Shown: positions 1 to 15,356 of the stretch, in pieces
Position numbering within the stretch: position 1 is the first letter of the stretch
Layout of the letters: each line of letters opens with the position of its first letter
Assembly (NCBI GenBank): GCA_964016885.1
Contig: OZ024741.1
Location: forward strand, 169,012,001 to 169,076,000
Reading direction: 5' to 3'
Origin: Eledone cirrhosa
Taxonomy: Eukaryota
DNA: 64,000 nt
Position numbers and translations under genes: made by a program
The notes under the pieces: generated by a model
What the model saw: the letters and a program-made list of their open reading frames with translations, nothing else
Databases searched by the model: none
What the model was told of the DNA's origin: nothing

Positions 1-27
1 ATGGTATGGCGTTGGTTAGATTCGTGC

Positions 28-108
28 ATACACACACACACACACACTGACACACACAGATACCTACCTACATACATACAGACACACAGACAGACAAACA
101 TTTATATA

Positions 109-185
<77 letters not shown>

Positions 186-307
186 CCACACACCTTATCA
201 GACCACACCACACTCTCCAGATAAAAATGTCTCAGAAAGGCACAAACATACAGTGACATATATATATATATATATGTGTGTGTGTGTATGTGTGTATGTG
301 TGTCTGG

Positions 308-346
<39 letters not shown>

Positions 347-404
347 TGTGTGTGTGTCACAGTGTACACACACGCACACATACACACACACACACACACA
401 TTGA

Positions 405-454
<50 letters not shown>

Positions 455-535
455 CTTATATATTTATGTCTGCGTATGTATGTATATGTGTATGTATGTA
501 TGCATGTATGTATGTACGTACGTATGTTTGTATGA
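28..535. repeat. Compound (CA)n/(TA)n/(TG)n microsatellite field
   Basis: Directly visible dinucleotide and tetranucleotide runs. Confidence 0.95.
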
Positions 536-954
536 ATATAAAATAAATGCACATAAAGGTATTTGAACAAAGAAAAGGATACAAGTAAACATAGTTTCAT
601 TTCTTTTCCGTCACTAACTCCCCTTAGTTTGAAAGCCAGGAATTCCATTACTTACGATTGTCTGCCTTCTTCAAACTTACACTTACCAAATTACCTGGCG
701 AACATCTTACAGGTTGAAAAACAAATATAAAAAATATAATATTTATCACATCACACCGGAATGATTCAACAAAAATATAGGAAATTATAGTTTCATATAC
801 ATATTAAGTTGTACGCTAAACAGCCAATATATACCTGTATATATTTAGTAAAGATGGAACCGAATTTGCGTAAATATGTATATACATTGACACTTTAAGT
901 ATATAGACATGTAAACATGCCAAATATAAGTATTTCCGTGTAAATGGAAAGAAA

Positions 955-1141
955 TAATGTTTCTACTATTAGCACAAGGCCCGGGTGCATTATTGGTTCT
1001 TTATTTATTATTCGACCCCGTAAGGATGAAAGACAAAGTTAAACTCAGAGAGATTTGAACTCAAAACTTTAAGGGGCATAACTCTATGCTGCGAAGAATG
1101 GTGTCTGATGCTCTACCAATACTGCCAAACCACCGCCCTAA
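955..1141 (-). mobile_element. tRNA-derived SINE (octopus-type, Meta-domain-like core), diverged copy
   Basis: Reverse complement of the family at 11692-11883: GGCGG..TGGCAGTA head, GAGTTCAAATC B-box, CTTTCATCCTTACGGGGTCGA core. Confidence 0.85.
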
Positions 1142-2107
1142 AATGGAAACATTAATAAGAATCTTTAATCGATTTTCGAACCTATTTGTGTTCTCATCAG
1201 AATATATAAATATCATCAAAACAACCATTAGGATGTACGTAACTGAGAGGTTTATATACCCTATCACATTGTAGTATCCTAAAAAGGAATAGTAATTTGC
1301 ATATTATTAGTATTATGGAATTATTGTATTAAATTTTGCCGAAGTATATACAAATTAGTACATCCATTATATATATTTATATTTTCTTCTTGCTATTTCA
1401 AGCGTTAACCTAATATATTCCTTCCATTTCAATTTGGATAGGTGAATATTTAAATTGTATTTTAATTTATTTTAAAAGATTGTTTCAAGTTTACTTGTTC
1501 CGATCGTCTCAATTTTATAGTTCTGGTATCTCAAATTAATACCATTGAACAACAACTGTATTATAGACACCCTATATATTTCCGTGGGTACTTAGTACCT
1601 GTGGGAATATTAATCCCATTTTATGTATATTCTCCCATGTGTGTAGAGAAAAAAAACGTTGTACCTAGCTGCTATTTTTAGTAGCGTGACATACAACAAG
1701 TCTATAATATTCCCGCTTTCACTAGACGACCAGTTCATGTGTGGGTCATTTTAACGACCCACTCGATCTTTCACTAGCTGGCAGTGGGCGATGTATTTAC
1801 TTGCTGTGGGACTTTACGCCCTATAGAATGGAAATAGCTTTCTGAAGAGCCGATCTTTCCATTGGAAGTCCTTTGGATTTCCAATCTTTTGTACCGTCGG
1901 TAAAAGCAATTTGGATAGGTGAATATTTAAATTGTATTTTAGAGAAACAGTCAGATAAAATTTACCTAATCCTTCCTCTCAGACCGAAGAGATTAACTAG
2001 ACAAATAATCATTTAAAAGGAGGTAATTTTAAGATGTAAGTTTGAAGAAAAATATAGATTACCAAACATTCCTCTAGTCCCGACTGTTGACGCTTTCGCT
2101 CGTAATT

Positions 2108-2278
2108 TGTGGAAATGTCTAATCGTTTCATGATCCATGACGCTCTGAGCTCATATATATCAGAATGGAGACGGTAAAAACCTGTTAGACCATTACTGAC
2201 CAGAGTACTCGATACTTGGGGTAGTAGAGTTCGGATCTAGCTGTTGAAACGGCCAGAGCTCAGCCGTCGGGGTTCTGA

Positions 2279-2313
<35 letters not shown>

Positions 2314-2472
2314 GATCCGAACTCTACTAGATCTCTCTCTCAGCTAAATCCGATCTCTACTACCCCAAGTATCGAGTACTCTGGTCAGTAATGGTCTAAC
2401 AGGTTTTTACCGTCTCCATTCTGATATATATGAGCTCAGAGCGTCATGGATAATGAAACGATTAGACATTTC

Positions 2473-2476
<4 letters not shown>
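2108..2476. mobile_element. Fold-back insertion of PLE/hammerhead family C 3' tail
   Basis: Inverted arms 2108-2243 and 2341-2476. The spacer holds the 3' half of a hammerhead (GAAACggccagagctcagccGTCgggg, 2246-2272). The tail is homologous to 46842-46920. Confidence 0.75.
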
Positions 2477-2539
<63 letters not shown>

Positions 2540-2572
2540 ATAATATATATGCATACATATATATATATATAC

Positions 2573-2822
2573 TTTGTCAGTGTTGAACAAAAGGGCAACG
2601 ATGGTTGCTAAACACTGTACTGCTTAATTCGGGCTGTTAGTTTACAAACAAACGAAGCATTATAATAAGTGTTCGGTAAATCCATACGTACATATATATA
2701 TGTTTGCATGTATGTATATATATACATACTACTGTACGTCTTTATACATATATGTATGTACGTATACATACTTATATTTAAGTAACAGCCGTACTAAGAG
2801 TGAGAAATGAAATTTCGTTTTA
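2573..2822 (+). repeat. Dispersed unclassified repeat; inverted copies at ~5380-5570 and ~10020-10215, partial duplicate at 10360-10455
   Basis: Shared blocks such as gcattataataa.tgttcggtaaa.ccatacgt and tttgtcagtgttgaacaaa. Confidence 0.75.
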
Positions 2823-3149
2823 TTTTTTCCATATATATATATATATTTATATAAAGATGCTGATGTTACATAAATCGTTTATTCATTATAATTATTTCAA
2901 CGGTTCTCTCATGCAATTAAGATGTAATTCATGAATTTGTTGCTGTTAGGAAGACGATTTTATGATATGCTTCCGGCAGGAATAAAAACACCCAACCTTC
3001 TGCTCGTGCGTCCAGCAGACATATGATTTCCTGAAAGAGTCTCCCAACCGTCGTGTTTACTGGAGTAAAGTGCTATCCACGTTACAATTAGTGAAATCAG
3101 GATTCACGCATCCCCCATCCAATTCAGGTCGTAAATCAGCAGAATATAT

Positions 3150-3465
3150 ATAAACCCGTAGAGCAAATATTTATTATAAGAACAGATTAAAATTTAAGCA
3201 AAGAATCGCTGCTTTCACACTTAACGGGATTTTCTGAAACTAAAAAAAATCAATCTGTGGACGCAGAAGTAAATATTTCGAAGAACGTTACAACAGAAAT
3301 ACGATACTTTGGTTCGTGAAGACGTTCCCTGGCAATGAACGGCGGAAAAGCGAGGATAATTACGTCGTTATGTGGAGCGAGAAGAACATTTTTTGTAAAC
3401 ATAAAAACACATTTATTGTATAAAAGAAGTTATTAGACTAATATTCTATTTAGAATAACCGAATA
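3150..3465 (+). repeat. Dispersed unclassified repeat; related copies at 13245-13410 (-), 26720-26765 (-) and 37010-37140
   Basis: Shared tttggttcgtgaagacgttcc, ttagactaatattctatttagaataa and tttaagcaaagaatcgctgc blocks. Confidence 0.7.
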
Positions 3466-3542
3466 TACGTATATGCACGCAATATGTGCACACATACATA
3501 CACATATAAGCATGTATACACACATACATACATATATATATA

Positions 3543-4496
3543 TAGAAGTGGTAACATAACAGTTAGTTCACCATACCGAGAACAATTGTTTCACCTTAGC
3601 GGATTCTCAGTTCGTAACGTAATGGTTATACGGAACAGGAAGGACAACCGTATGAACGCGCATGCGAAGAAACGGTCACTTCACCCAGGCAATACAAAAC
3701 TGCGGGCGAGAGGTGTAAGGGAGATAACTGCGAAAGTCCGAAAGGTTCTAGTTGATAAGAAAATTAGGATGATGTTGTTATTCAATCCGGAGCTTTGTAA
3801 GAGGTGTTTCCAGACATGTGGACAACGTCTGAAGAATTCATATCTTGAGTTTAGGCAATCGCTATTGCGTAATCTCTTTAGAATATTTATCCGTTTATCA
3901 ATACATAGTCCACAAGATGGATTGCCCCTTGCGTATGGCTTGGACTTAGTGATGGCTTTCCATTGAATGGAGTAGTCTATACTTGAGACCTTGAGGGACC
4001 ATACATGAGTTTCGTGGATGATCGTTTGTCCGGGTATCTAAAGGTCGACTGATGGTACAGGGTGCTCTTGCCGAAGGCCTTAAGCTTGTCCCCTTCAACA
4101 GCAATGCAACACACCCGCTGTAGTTTATGAAGCTGTGGTCACTTTCAACCGACCAAATCAACCACAGAAGGTCAAATCCTACGTGGGTATGGCGGAGGGC
4201 CGATTTAAGGAACGCTTCCTAAACCACCAGTCGACCTTTAGGTACCCAGACAAACGATCCTCCACGAAACTCGCAGTTTTGTATTGTCTGGGTGAAGTGA
4301 CCGTTTCTGCGCATGCGCGTTCATACGGTTGTCCTTCCTGTTCCGTATAACCATGACCATTACGAGCTGAGGATCCGCTAAGGTGAAACAATTGTTCTCG
4401 TTATGGTAAACTAACTGTTGTGTTACCACTTCTACCTAACTCGTCCCATGGACTGAGTGCTCTACCACTACGGATATTACCTTCCAGTGTTCTACC
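3543..4496 (+). mobile_element. Penelope-like element, truncated, fold-back structure (family B)
   Basis: Inverted arms 3543-3704 and 4272-4434. GIY-YIG fragment CPLQQQCNTPAVVYEAVV..KSYVGMAEGRFKERFLNHQSTF at ~4088-4275. Hammerhead at 4362-4401. Flanked by (TA)n/(TC)n. Confidence 0.85.
4362..4401 (+). ncRNA. Minimal type-I hammerhead ribozyme (family B); damaged inverted copy at 3577-3615 (-)
   Basis: acgag-CTGAGGA-tcc gcta agg t-GAAAC-aatt-GTT-ctcgt. Stem I acgag/ctcgt; palindromic stem III ACAATTGT. Confidence 0.85.
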
Positions 4497-4518
4497 TCTC
4501 TCTCTCTCTCTCTCTCTC

Positions 4519-4555
<37 letters not shown>

Positions 4556-5016
4556 GCATACATACATATACACATCCACACCCATATATATATGTATATA
4601 TATATGTAGATAAATCTACCAAAATAGACGGTAGTGTCCAATCCGTATTAAGAACTCAATGTAATCCAAATATAGAAGATATCATGAAAAGAGAAAATGT
4701 ATTCAAAATTTAACGATAAAAATCATAGGAAAACAGAGTCAAGGTGAAATTAATAAAAACAATGAAATAAAAACAAAGAACAGGTTCCTTATATTGGAAA
4801 AATCATCATTTTACGATCGTTTCTGGGATATATATAAATATTGGTATGTATTTCATATTAAAGATGTATGTAAAAAAAAATTACAAATTATCAGAGGAGA
4901 TATACGTACATTCACCTATCTATACCATTTCAGAAATGATGAAGTATGTTTATTGAAAGAAACAAAGTATTAAGACAAAAAGTCTGTTTGGGAACAGGTT
5001 TTGAATTGACCAATAG

Positions 5017-5198
5017 AAAAGAGTTAGAGGTCAAGTTGATAGAATAACAGTAGTAGAACTTTATGATAGGGGTGGAGGAATGTAAATTTATGATTTGAAT
5101 GAAAAGAATACAGTGGGGAAGAGAAAGATAGGGGTTAAAATGAGGTCAAGTCAATGAGATAGTGAATGATTCCCCAAAAATATTGATGTTATTAAAGA

Positions 5199-5229
<31 letters not shown>

Positions 5230-5567
5230 TGTATATACATATATGTATATATATATATATATGTATATATATGAGGGACTAATTTTATAATATTTAATCC
5301 ATGTGCAACCATGCAGTATTCTTCTCCCCTTGTTTTTCATATATATGTATATATATATATTTATATAACTGTAATAGAATGAAACGAAATTTCATTTCTC
5401 ACTCTTAGTACGGCACTTACTTAAATGTATGTATGTATAGGTACATATATATATGTATACAGACGTACAGTAGCATGTATATATATACATACATGCACTC
5501 ATATATATATGCACGTATGGGTTTACCGAACATTTATTATAATGCTCGGTTTGTTCGTTTGTAAACA

Positions 5568-5620
<53 letters not shown>

Positions 5621-5798
5621 TTTAATAACATCAATTTTGGGGGGAATCATTCACTATCTCATTGACTTGACCTCATTTTAACCCCTATCTTTCTCTTCCC
5701 CACTGTATTCTTTTCATTCAAAGCATAAATTTACATTCCTCCACTCCTAGCATAAAGTTCTACTACTGTTATTCTATCAACTTGACCTCTAACTCTTT
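5017..5798. repeat. Inverted repeat of ~180 bp (5017-5200 and 5617-5798)
   Basis: agagttagaggtcaagttgatag...gttattaaagaat versus its reverse complement. Confidence 0.85.
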
Positions 5799-5801
5799 TG
5801 T

Positions 5802-5857
<56 letters not shown>

Positions 5858-5869
5858 TTAATATAGATG

Positions 5870-5920
5870 AGATTCTACAGGACTAGAACTGTTTCATTCT
5901 TTAGAAATCATCAGGAATCT
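5870..5920 (-). ncRNA. Minimal type-I hammerhead ribozyme (family A)
   Basis: Reverse complement of 9801-9851. Confidence 0.85.
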
Positions 5921-6438
5921 GGGTATCAAAAAATAAAAATGGTATTTATAGGTCTCTACAAGTGGTAGGAGAGGGTGAGGAGTGGGATGGGTGTAGGTCA
6001 TTGGTTGATAGAAAATTCATTAAAAGCTAATTCTACAAAGCTATAGTTTATTTTTATTTATTTATGTTTTTAGTAACAAGGGCAGACAGAATTCTATAAA
6101 CAGGTTCCGGATGGCATACCATTCCTTGTCATTAAGTTTCTCTTAAGCTAACAGATGTCTATAAGATCAGTGGGGGGTCAGTCATGGTCAACAGAATTAA
6201 AGAAAAGGGAGATTCTTTAAAAGCTAAAATCATTAAGGTTCTACTAAGTGACAAAGGTTTAGAGAATTCTGTAGACAGATTCAAAATACTGAGTGCATAT
6301 CTTACAATTATCTTGGAACTTCTCTTAAACTAATCAACTATATGCCAAAAATCAACAGACACATTCACAAAAAAACATACTCACTCACACACTCACGCGC
6401 AACCATAAACACACATACACATACACCTATACACACAT

Positions 6439-6894
6439 GGGCTCTATGTAATTGCCTAAATAAGGAAGCATGCCCACTTGAAAACAAATGCCTCACAAAT
6501 GATATCGTATACAAATGCGATGTCATCTCAGGCACCGAGGATTGCAAAAAAAACTTACATCGGCATGACCTCCAACAACTTTAAGACCCGTTGGTATGCC
6601 CATACACACTCCTTCAGAAGACCGGATAAATCCAATCAGACAACACTCGCCTCCTACGTTTGGGACCTCAAAAGGAACTCCACCCCCTTCACGCTTAAAT
6701 GGAAAATACTCCAGAAAGCGCGCTCTTACAACGGAGGACACAAGGGCTGCGACCTTTGTATTTCAGAGAGCTACGAAATTTTATTCGCCAAGGGCCCGCT
6801 ACTGAACAAACTCTCTGAACACTGCCCGAACTGCATGCACAAGAACTTTGCAACTTTCAAACACTTTAAGCCAGTGTTAAAGCCCGATGGCTAA
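6439..6894 (+). pseudogene. PLE C-terminal GIY-YIG endonuclease, frameshifted at an A-run near 6550
   Basis: CNCLNKEACPLENKCLTNDIVYKCDV / KTYIGMTSNNFKTRWYAH..TTLASYVWDLK..CDLCISE..LLNK..CMHK. Confidence 0.9.
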
Positions 6895-7059
6895 AAACGA
6901 CCTCCCCCTATTGGCCCCTATACCTCCTCCCCACCCTACCCCCACCCCTCCTCAACCTGAAATACGGCCACTATGGTTATGTGAGTACCTCTTTCGTATC
7001 TACATTTTCTGCCTGTAGAGGTGTTTTTATGTGCCTGCGTATATGCGTATATTTATTGA

Positions 7060-9282
<2,223 letters not shown>

Positions 9283-9800
9283 ATGTGTGTATAGGTGTAT
9301 GTGTATGTGTGTTTATGGTTGCGCGTGAGTGTGTGAGTGAGTATGTTTTTTTGTGAATGTGTCTGTTGATTTTTGGCATATAGTTGATTAGTTTAATAGA
9401 AGTTCCAAGATAATTGTAAGATATGCACTCGGTATTTTGAATCTGTCTACAGAATTCTCTAAACCTTTGTCACTTAGTAGAACCTTAATGATTTTAGCTT
9501 TTAAAGAATCTCCCTTTTCTTTAATTCTATTGACCATGACTGACCCCCCACTGATCTTATAGACATCTGTTAGCTTAAGAGAAACTTAATGACAAGGAAT
9601 GGTATGCCATCCGGAACCTGTTTATAGAATTCTGTCTGCCCTTGTTACTAAAAACATAAATAAATAAAAATAAACTATAGCTTTGTAGAATTAGCTTTTA
9701 ATGAATTTTCTATCAACCAATGACCTACAGCCATCCCACTCCCCACCCTCTCCTACCACTTGTAGAGACCTATAAATACCATTTTTATTTTTTGATACCC

Positions 9801-9851
9801 AGATTCCTGATGATTTCTAAAGAATGAAACAGTTCTAGTCCTGTAGAATCT
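9801..9851 (+). ncRNA. Minimal type-I hammerhead ribozyme (family A)
   Basis: agattc-CTGATGA-t ttct aa agaa t-GAAA-cag ttctagtc ctg-TA-gaatct. Intact core, 6-bp stem I, GUA cleavage triplet. Confidence 0.9.
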
Positions 9852-9933
9852 CATCTATATTAAAACTCTTATACTCTGCTATGTATTGAGTACCTTACTT
9901 ACTGTGGTTACCTCCGATTCAACCCGGAATAAC

Positions 9934-10023
<90 letters not shown>

Positions 10024-10520
10024 GTACATACATATATGTATACAGACGTACAGTAGTATGTATATATATACATACATGCACCCATATATATATGTACGTA
10101 TGGATTCACTGAACATTTATTATAATGCTCGGTGTGTTTGTAAACAAACAAACATCCCGTATTAAGCCGTAGTGTCTAGCAACCATCGTTGCTCGTTTGT
10201 TCAACACTGACAAAGGAACGCTGTACTAGTTTCAAACTTATTAGCTATCGTCAGCAACGTATACCTTCCTGCCAGATTGTTGAACGTATATACTTACCTT
10301 ATGCATATTAACGGCTGAGTAGCCCAATTTGCATATCGAGTGGGTTAATCGGCCATATTAAACAAACATCCCGTATTAAGCCGTAGTGTCCAACAACCAT
10401 CGTTGCTCGTTTGTTCAACACTGACAAAGGAACGCTGTACTAGTTTCAAGCTTATTCCTCTCTCTCTCTCTCTTTATACTCTAGTCCTCTCTCTATATAT
10501 ACTCTAGTATAGAGAGAGAG

Positions 10521-10583
10521 GACGGCTAATTCTGGACTAGCCGTCGAAACGGCTTGAGCTCAGCCGTTGGGGTCCTACTCGTT

Positions 10584-10587
<4 letters not shown>
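10521..10587 (+). ncRNA. 5'-truncated hammerhead (family C); similar fragment at 40465-40511
   Basis: GA-cggcta attctggac tagccg tc-GAAAC-ggct tgagctca gcc-GTT-gggg. The CTGA box is lost. Confidence 0.55.
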
Positions 10588-10620
<33 letters not shown>

Positions 10621-10624
<4 letters not shown>

Positions 10625-10923
10625 AAGACCGGGGTAGAAGCAGCTAAATGTTCGGTCGCCCTCTGTCTCTGATTTTCAGCCCCATGGATTTTGTCTATTA
10701 TATTCCTTCGTTATATTTCAAATACCTGATGATGTCACCGGATTCACACTGAACCCGGTCATTGAAATGATCATTTATTATTTCATATAATTAAATCCGT
10801 ACTCGCACCACCAACTACACAAACGAATACGAGTGAGTTGCATTACGTTGAGTGCTCTCCATACTATTATATCGAGGTTAACCATACGGAATGACCAGTT
10901 CTATCCAGGAGTCAACCAACAAA

Positions 10924-10927
<4 letters not shown>
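10621..10927 (+). mobile_element. Probable PLE 3' end with degenerate hammerhead (family D)
   Basis: CTGATGA at 10726, stem II accgg..ccggt, GAAAtgatcattt, TTGAGTGC tail motif at 10848. Bounded by (TA)n on both sides. Confidence 0.45.
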
Positions 10928-10958
<31 letters not shown>

Positions 10959-11054
10959 ATATATCCGAATGATTTCCAGCTCCGGAGTTTGAGAATAATG
11001 TAAATAAAATTATTAAACGAAAATGACAGAGGTTATTGAGATAGTAAAAGTAAA

Positions 11055-11382
11055 TAATTGTTTCTACTTTTGGTACAAGGCCAACAATTACTCAGTGTAT
11101 TACTGGTACTTTATTTTATCGACCCCGTAAGGATGAAAGGCAAAGTTAACCTCGGCGGGATTTAAAAGTAAATAATGGTTTCTTATATAGGCACAAGGCC
11201 AGCAATTTGGGAGGAGGGGAAAGTTGATTAAATCGACCCCAGTGCGTGACTGGTACTTTATTTTATCGACCCCGTAAGGATAAAAGGCAAAGTTAACCTC
11301 GGCGGGATTTGAACTCAGAATGATAAGGGTCGTAACTCTATGCGTCAAAGCAGGGCGTCCAACCCTCTACCGATACTGCCAA
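11055..11382 (-). mobile_element. Two tandem tRNA-SINE copies (one partial)
   Basis: Two copies of ctggtactttattttatcgaccccgtaaggat.aaaggcaaagttaacctcggcgggattt. Confidence 0.9.
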
Positions 11383-11396
11383 TAAATAGTGATAGC

Positions 11397-11607
11397 ATTA
11401 AAGTATTGCTATAAGATTGAGGCTTGTGCATAAGTATGCTCTTAGGCATACATACACATATACATATATATGTATATATATGTACATATATATGCATGTA
11501 TATGGGTGTACATATGTATATATATATATATATATGTATATGTATGTGTATGTATGCCTAAGAGCATACTTATGCACGCGCCTCAATCTTATAGCAATAC
11601 TTTAATG
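11397..11607. repeat. Short palindrome with ~65-bp arms around a TA/TG core
   Basis: cattaaagtattgctataagattgaggc...gcctcaatcttatagcaatactttaatg. Confidence 0.9.
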
Positions 11608-11691
11608 TTGTCATCATTATTTACTTTTAGTATTTTAATAACCTCTGTCATTTTCGTTTAATAATATTACTTACATTATTGTTATGCTTTG

Positions 11692-11883
11692 GTAGGGCGG
11701 TGAATTGGCAGTATCGGTAGAGGGTTGGACGCCATGCTTTCTAGCATAGTTACGTCCCTTTACAGTCTGAGTTCAAATCCCGCCGAGGTTAACTTTGCCT
11801 TTCATCCTTACGGGGTCGATAAAATAAAGTACCAGTAATGTACTGGGTAATTGCTGGCCTTGTGCCTAAAGTAGAAACAATTA
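11692..11883 (+). mobile_element. tRNA-derived SINE, near full length
   Basis: A-box-like TGGCAGTATCGG, B-box GAGTTCAAATCCC, core GCCTTTCATCCTTACGGGGTCGATAAAATAAAGTACCAG. Confidence 0.9.
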
Positions 11884-11884
11884 T

Positions 11885-13195
11885 TGTTATACTTTGGGAG
11901 GGTCATGTTGCCAATAAGAAACACACGCACCAGTTGCTTTCACTCCAATTTATTATAAATTAAATTTATAAATTTAAGAATTTATAAATTTCCGGTTGGT
12001 TGGTTGATTCCATAACCGGACGGTTGTTCATATATTGTCAAAATTCTTTCGTCACACATTCTGTGACCTCTTCAATGACTGGGGATTCTTTTCTTTGTTT
12101 TGTGCCTCTCCTTTGTTCTGTCCTACGCCATCTTGTTTTTGTGTGTGTTGTGTGCTTAGTTTGCGCATGTGTTACACCCGGGTGTCTGTGTGTGTTTTTA
12201 TTTTTTTATTTATTTGTTTATTTACATGTTACTGGTTGGTTGTTTGTTCTATGTGTGTGTGTGTTTTCATTTTGTCCTTAATTGTAAGTTGTGATGTTGC
12301 TATTCCATTCATGTTTTCTATTTAATTTTGGAGTTCATTTATGTTTATTGCCTCTGTGATTTGTCTAAACATTGCGTCTTTTCTGTGTGTAGATTCTATT
12401 TTTATTTCTATGTTCTCTAATTTGCTCTTATGTTCTATTTTAGCATGTTGGTGGAGTATTGATGATTCTTTTTTATCTTGAAGTTCTCGCCAGTTTTCAT
12501 TTAACCGTTGTCCTATACTACGAGCTGTCGCACCTATGTACACTATATTCTTATCTTTACATTGTCCTCCAGTACATCTTATGCTATATACTACATTTCT
12601 AGTTTTACAGTTAATATGGGGGCTTAGTTTACAGATTATGCATTTCTTATCTATACAGAGAGGTCTTTGAAAAGGGTATGTATTGCTAATAAGTGTTTTT
12701 ATAGAGGTACATGGTCTTTCTACTATCTTAACATTAAGTTTATGTTTACCTAGGGACCTTCTAAATTTGTATGCTAATTCACCTCTAGGGGTTGTATTGA
12801 TGAACATTACATTCTGGTATTTATTGCTATCATACCATCAGTTTATTCTATTAACCTTATTCCTAGTTCTTTCTATTCTATTCCAAAATTTGCTCCTATA
12901 CAAGGGGCAGGTCCCATTTGTATCATTATTTACCAATTTTTCCCATTTGGTTCTGGCTCCTCCATACACTCTGATTTTATCTCTCTGATTATAACCAGAG
13001 AACTGCATACGGTGGATGAAGTGTTGTATGTGTCTCCCTAGTTCTTTGGGATTGCACATGCGGGACACGTTTCTCACCCCGTACCAAATCCGCAATCAGT
13101 ATGTTGATTTTGGTGTGATCCGAAACAGCTGAGTTTCGGTGGATCAGATATTTGGAAGTCATGGGTTTGGCATAATGGGAATGGAGGATTTGATT
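11885..13195 (-). mobile_element. Penelope-like element 3' part (RT thumb, Cys-rich linker, GIY-YIG, 3' UTR)
   Basis: ORFs 12838-13095 and 12322-12807: RMQFSGY; CIDKKCIIC..CKTRNVVYSIRC..YIGATARSIGQRL..RQITEAINI. Hammerhead-like motif at 12037-12079. Confidence 0.85.
12037..12079 (-). ncRNA. Hammerhead-like motif, C3U variant
   Basis: gtca-TTGAAGA-g gtcaca gaatg tgtgac-GAAAGAATTT-tgac. Confidence 0.55.
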
Positions 13196-13829
13196 TTTGT
13201 TAAATATTACTTACATTATTCTTAAACTCCGGAGCTGGAAATCATTCGATTATTCTAAATAGAATATTAGTCTAATGACTTCTTTTATACCATAAACGTA
13301 GTTTTGTCTTTGTAAGAAATTGTTCTTCTCGCTCCACCTAACGAACGATGTAATTATCCTCGCTTTTCCCCCGTTTATTGCCAAGGAACGTCTTCACGAA
13401 CCAAAGAATCGAAGTAATCTTCTCTTCATTCAACTTTAATTTCTCATTTTTTCGACGTATGTTTACTTCTGTGGGCAAAAATACTTTATCTCATTATAAA
13501 ATGGACATTCGTCAGTTGCGGCGGTCTATCTTCTAGTTATTCGCTCACCGGTACAGCCTGCTCACGAAGTTAGAATGTGAATGGCTGAGGATTCCACAGA
13601 CATGTTTTTTGTTCGACCTCCTTCGATTCTGACGACTAGTGCTGTAGTTATTCGATGGCCTGAACAGCCTGCTTGGGAAATTGTCGTGCGAGTTGCTAAG
13701 TATTCCGATGACACATGTATCCTTATCGTAATTCTCAGGAAGATCTAGCATGACAGCGTGGGATAAGACTCGTTCTTGTTGTGACTTTGTATTAAAAAAA
13801 CTACATGTTTTCATAACATTAGTGCCGAG

Positions 13830-13990
13830 TGCTTGAAGTGGTTGTGACCCGCGTTAGAGGAGGATCAAGGAAGACATGAGAGGAAATTGTGAAAAATGAT
13901 CTCAAGAAACTGGACCTGATAAAGGAGATATCATCAGATTAAGTTGACTGGCGACTTACCATACTAGAGAAAAACCCACCGAACATTACA
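13830..13990 (+). mobile_element. Decayed RTE-type LINE 3' end
   Basis: Translates to RVRGGSRKT*EEIVKNDLKKLDL..DWR, resembling the RGRPRKTW..D..WR tail of RTE ORFs. Confidence 0.55.
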
Positions 13991-15356
13991 AGCACTGTGA
14001 TATAGTTGGTAGATCTTTTACAATATATTTTATCTCCAATCTTAGTAGTTTACTGTATAACTTACCGACCTTACATTTAATAGAGACAATAATGATCATA
14101 ACATAGTGATATCACAATTCAGTGTGAGTGTGTGTCCTTGAAACATAGAGATACACCAGGTCTGAACACAAAGGAACCAAACTCCCACTGTTACAGCCTC
14201 CGTCCCTCCCGCTCTCCCCATCTCTCACTATTATGAGCAAATTGGGGCTTAGACGCTGGCTGCCCCGCGGCCCTGGGGTACAGAAGAGAGATGCTGTTTC
14301 CCCGGAGGATGATGAGGAAGATGCGCTGGAAGAGCCATTCCAGCTCGCGATATTAAAAGTGATAATAAAAGTAAATATGGTGAGAGATTGTAGGCTACGC
14401 GGAAAAGGGGGGCACGTACGTACCGAAACAACATTTGTCCATGGTAGAAAGCACCCAGAACATTCAATAATGTGGTTGGCGATAAATTTGGTTATCTGTG
14501 TGTGTGTGAATGTGTGTATGAGTGTGTGTCAATGTGTGTGTCAGTGTGTGTGTGTCAGAATGTGTGTGTGTCAGAATATGTGTGTGTGTTTGCGTGTCTG
14601 TCTGGGTGTGTGTCTGTGCAAGTGTGTGCCCGTGTCTCTGTGTTTTACTCTGCGTGTGTTTGTGTTTCTGCGTGTGTGTCTCTGTGACTGCGTGTGTGTC
14701 TACGTGTGTGTGCATGTCAGTGTAAGTGTGCGCCAGTGTCTGTGCCTGAGTGTAACTTCATGTATGTATGTGTGCTTTTCTGTGCGTGTCTGTGTGCATC
14801 AGTGCGTGTGAGTATGCATCTGTCTATGTATGTGTGTGCGCGCCCGCACAAGAGTGTCTATGCATTAAGAGGGTGCAGCATGCGCCCCTGAGTAGAGAGA
14901 AGTAAACTGTTTGCCTGGTTTCAGTAAAACCAATAATCGGTATGAACATGATCACACATAGAGAATCAACCAAGAGTAGAAACCAAAATAAAATCTAAAC
15001 TATGCAAGGAACGTATGAAGTCTTGTGATTTTATATTCTACAGAAATTAAAGCTTTACATCGGATTTAGAACATTCTAAAAGGACATTTCATTCAAAAAG
15101 AAGCCCGCAACGGCAGGATATTAATTTTTTCAGCGCCACCTTCGTATCAGTGTATCTCCTTCCCTCTCCCCTATTTTAACAACTTTGTAATTCTGTCTAC
15201 TAAGACTATGAATCAACATCCACCCAAGGTTTACACTTCAAAGAGACAGAACGAGTACACGAATGAGCGTGACAACCTTTCATTGGTTGATTTGTGCTGC
15301 AGTATTTAACAACTACAAATATACATAGATACATACATTTACATACACATACATAC

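Noticed and set aside
11692-11785. tRNA gene candidates at A/B-box motifs
   Set aside because: They are heads of multi-copy SINEs with no proper cloverleaf.
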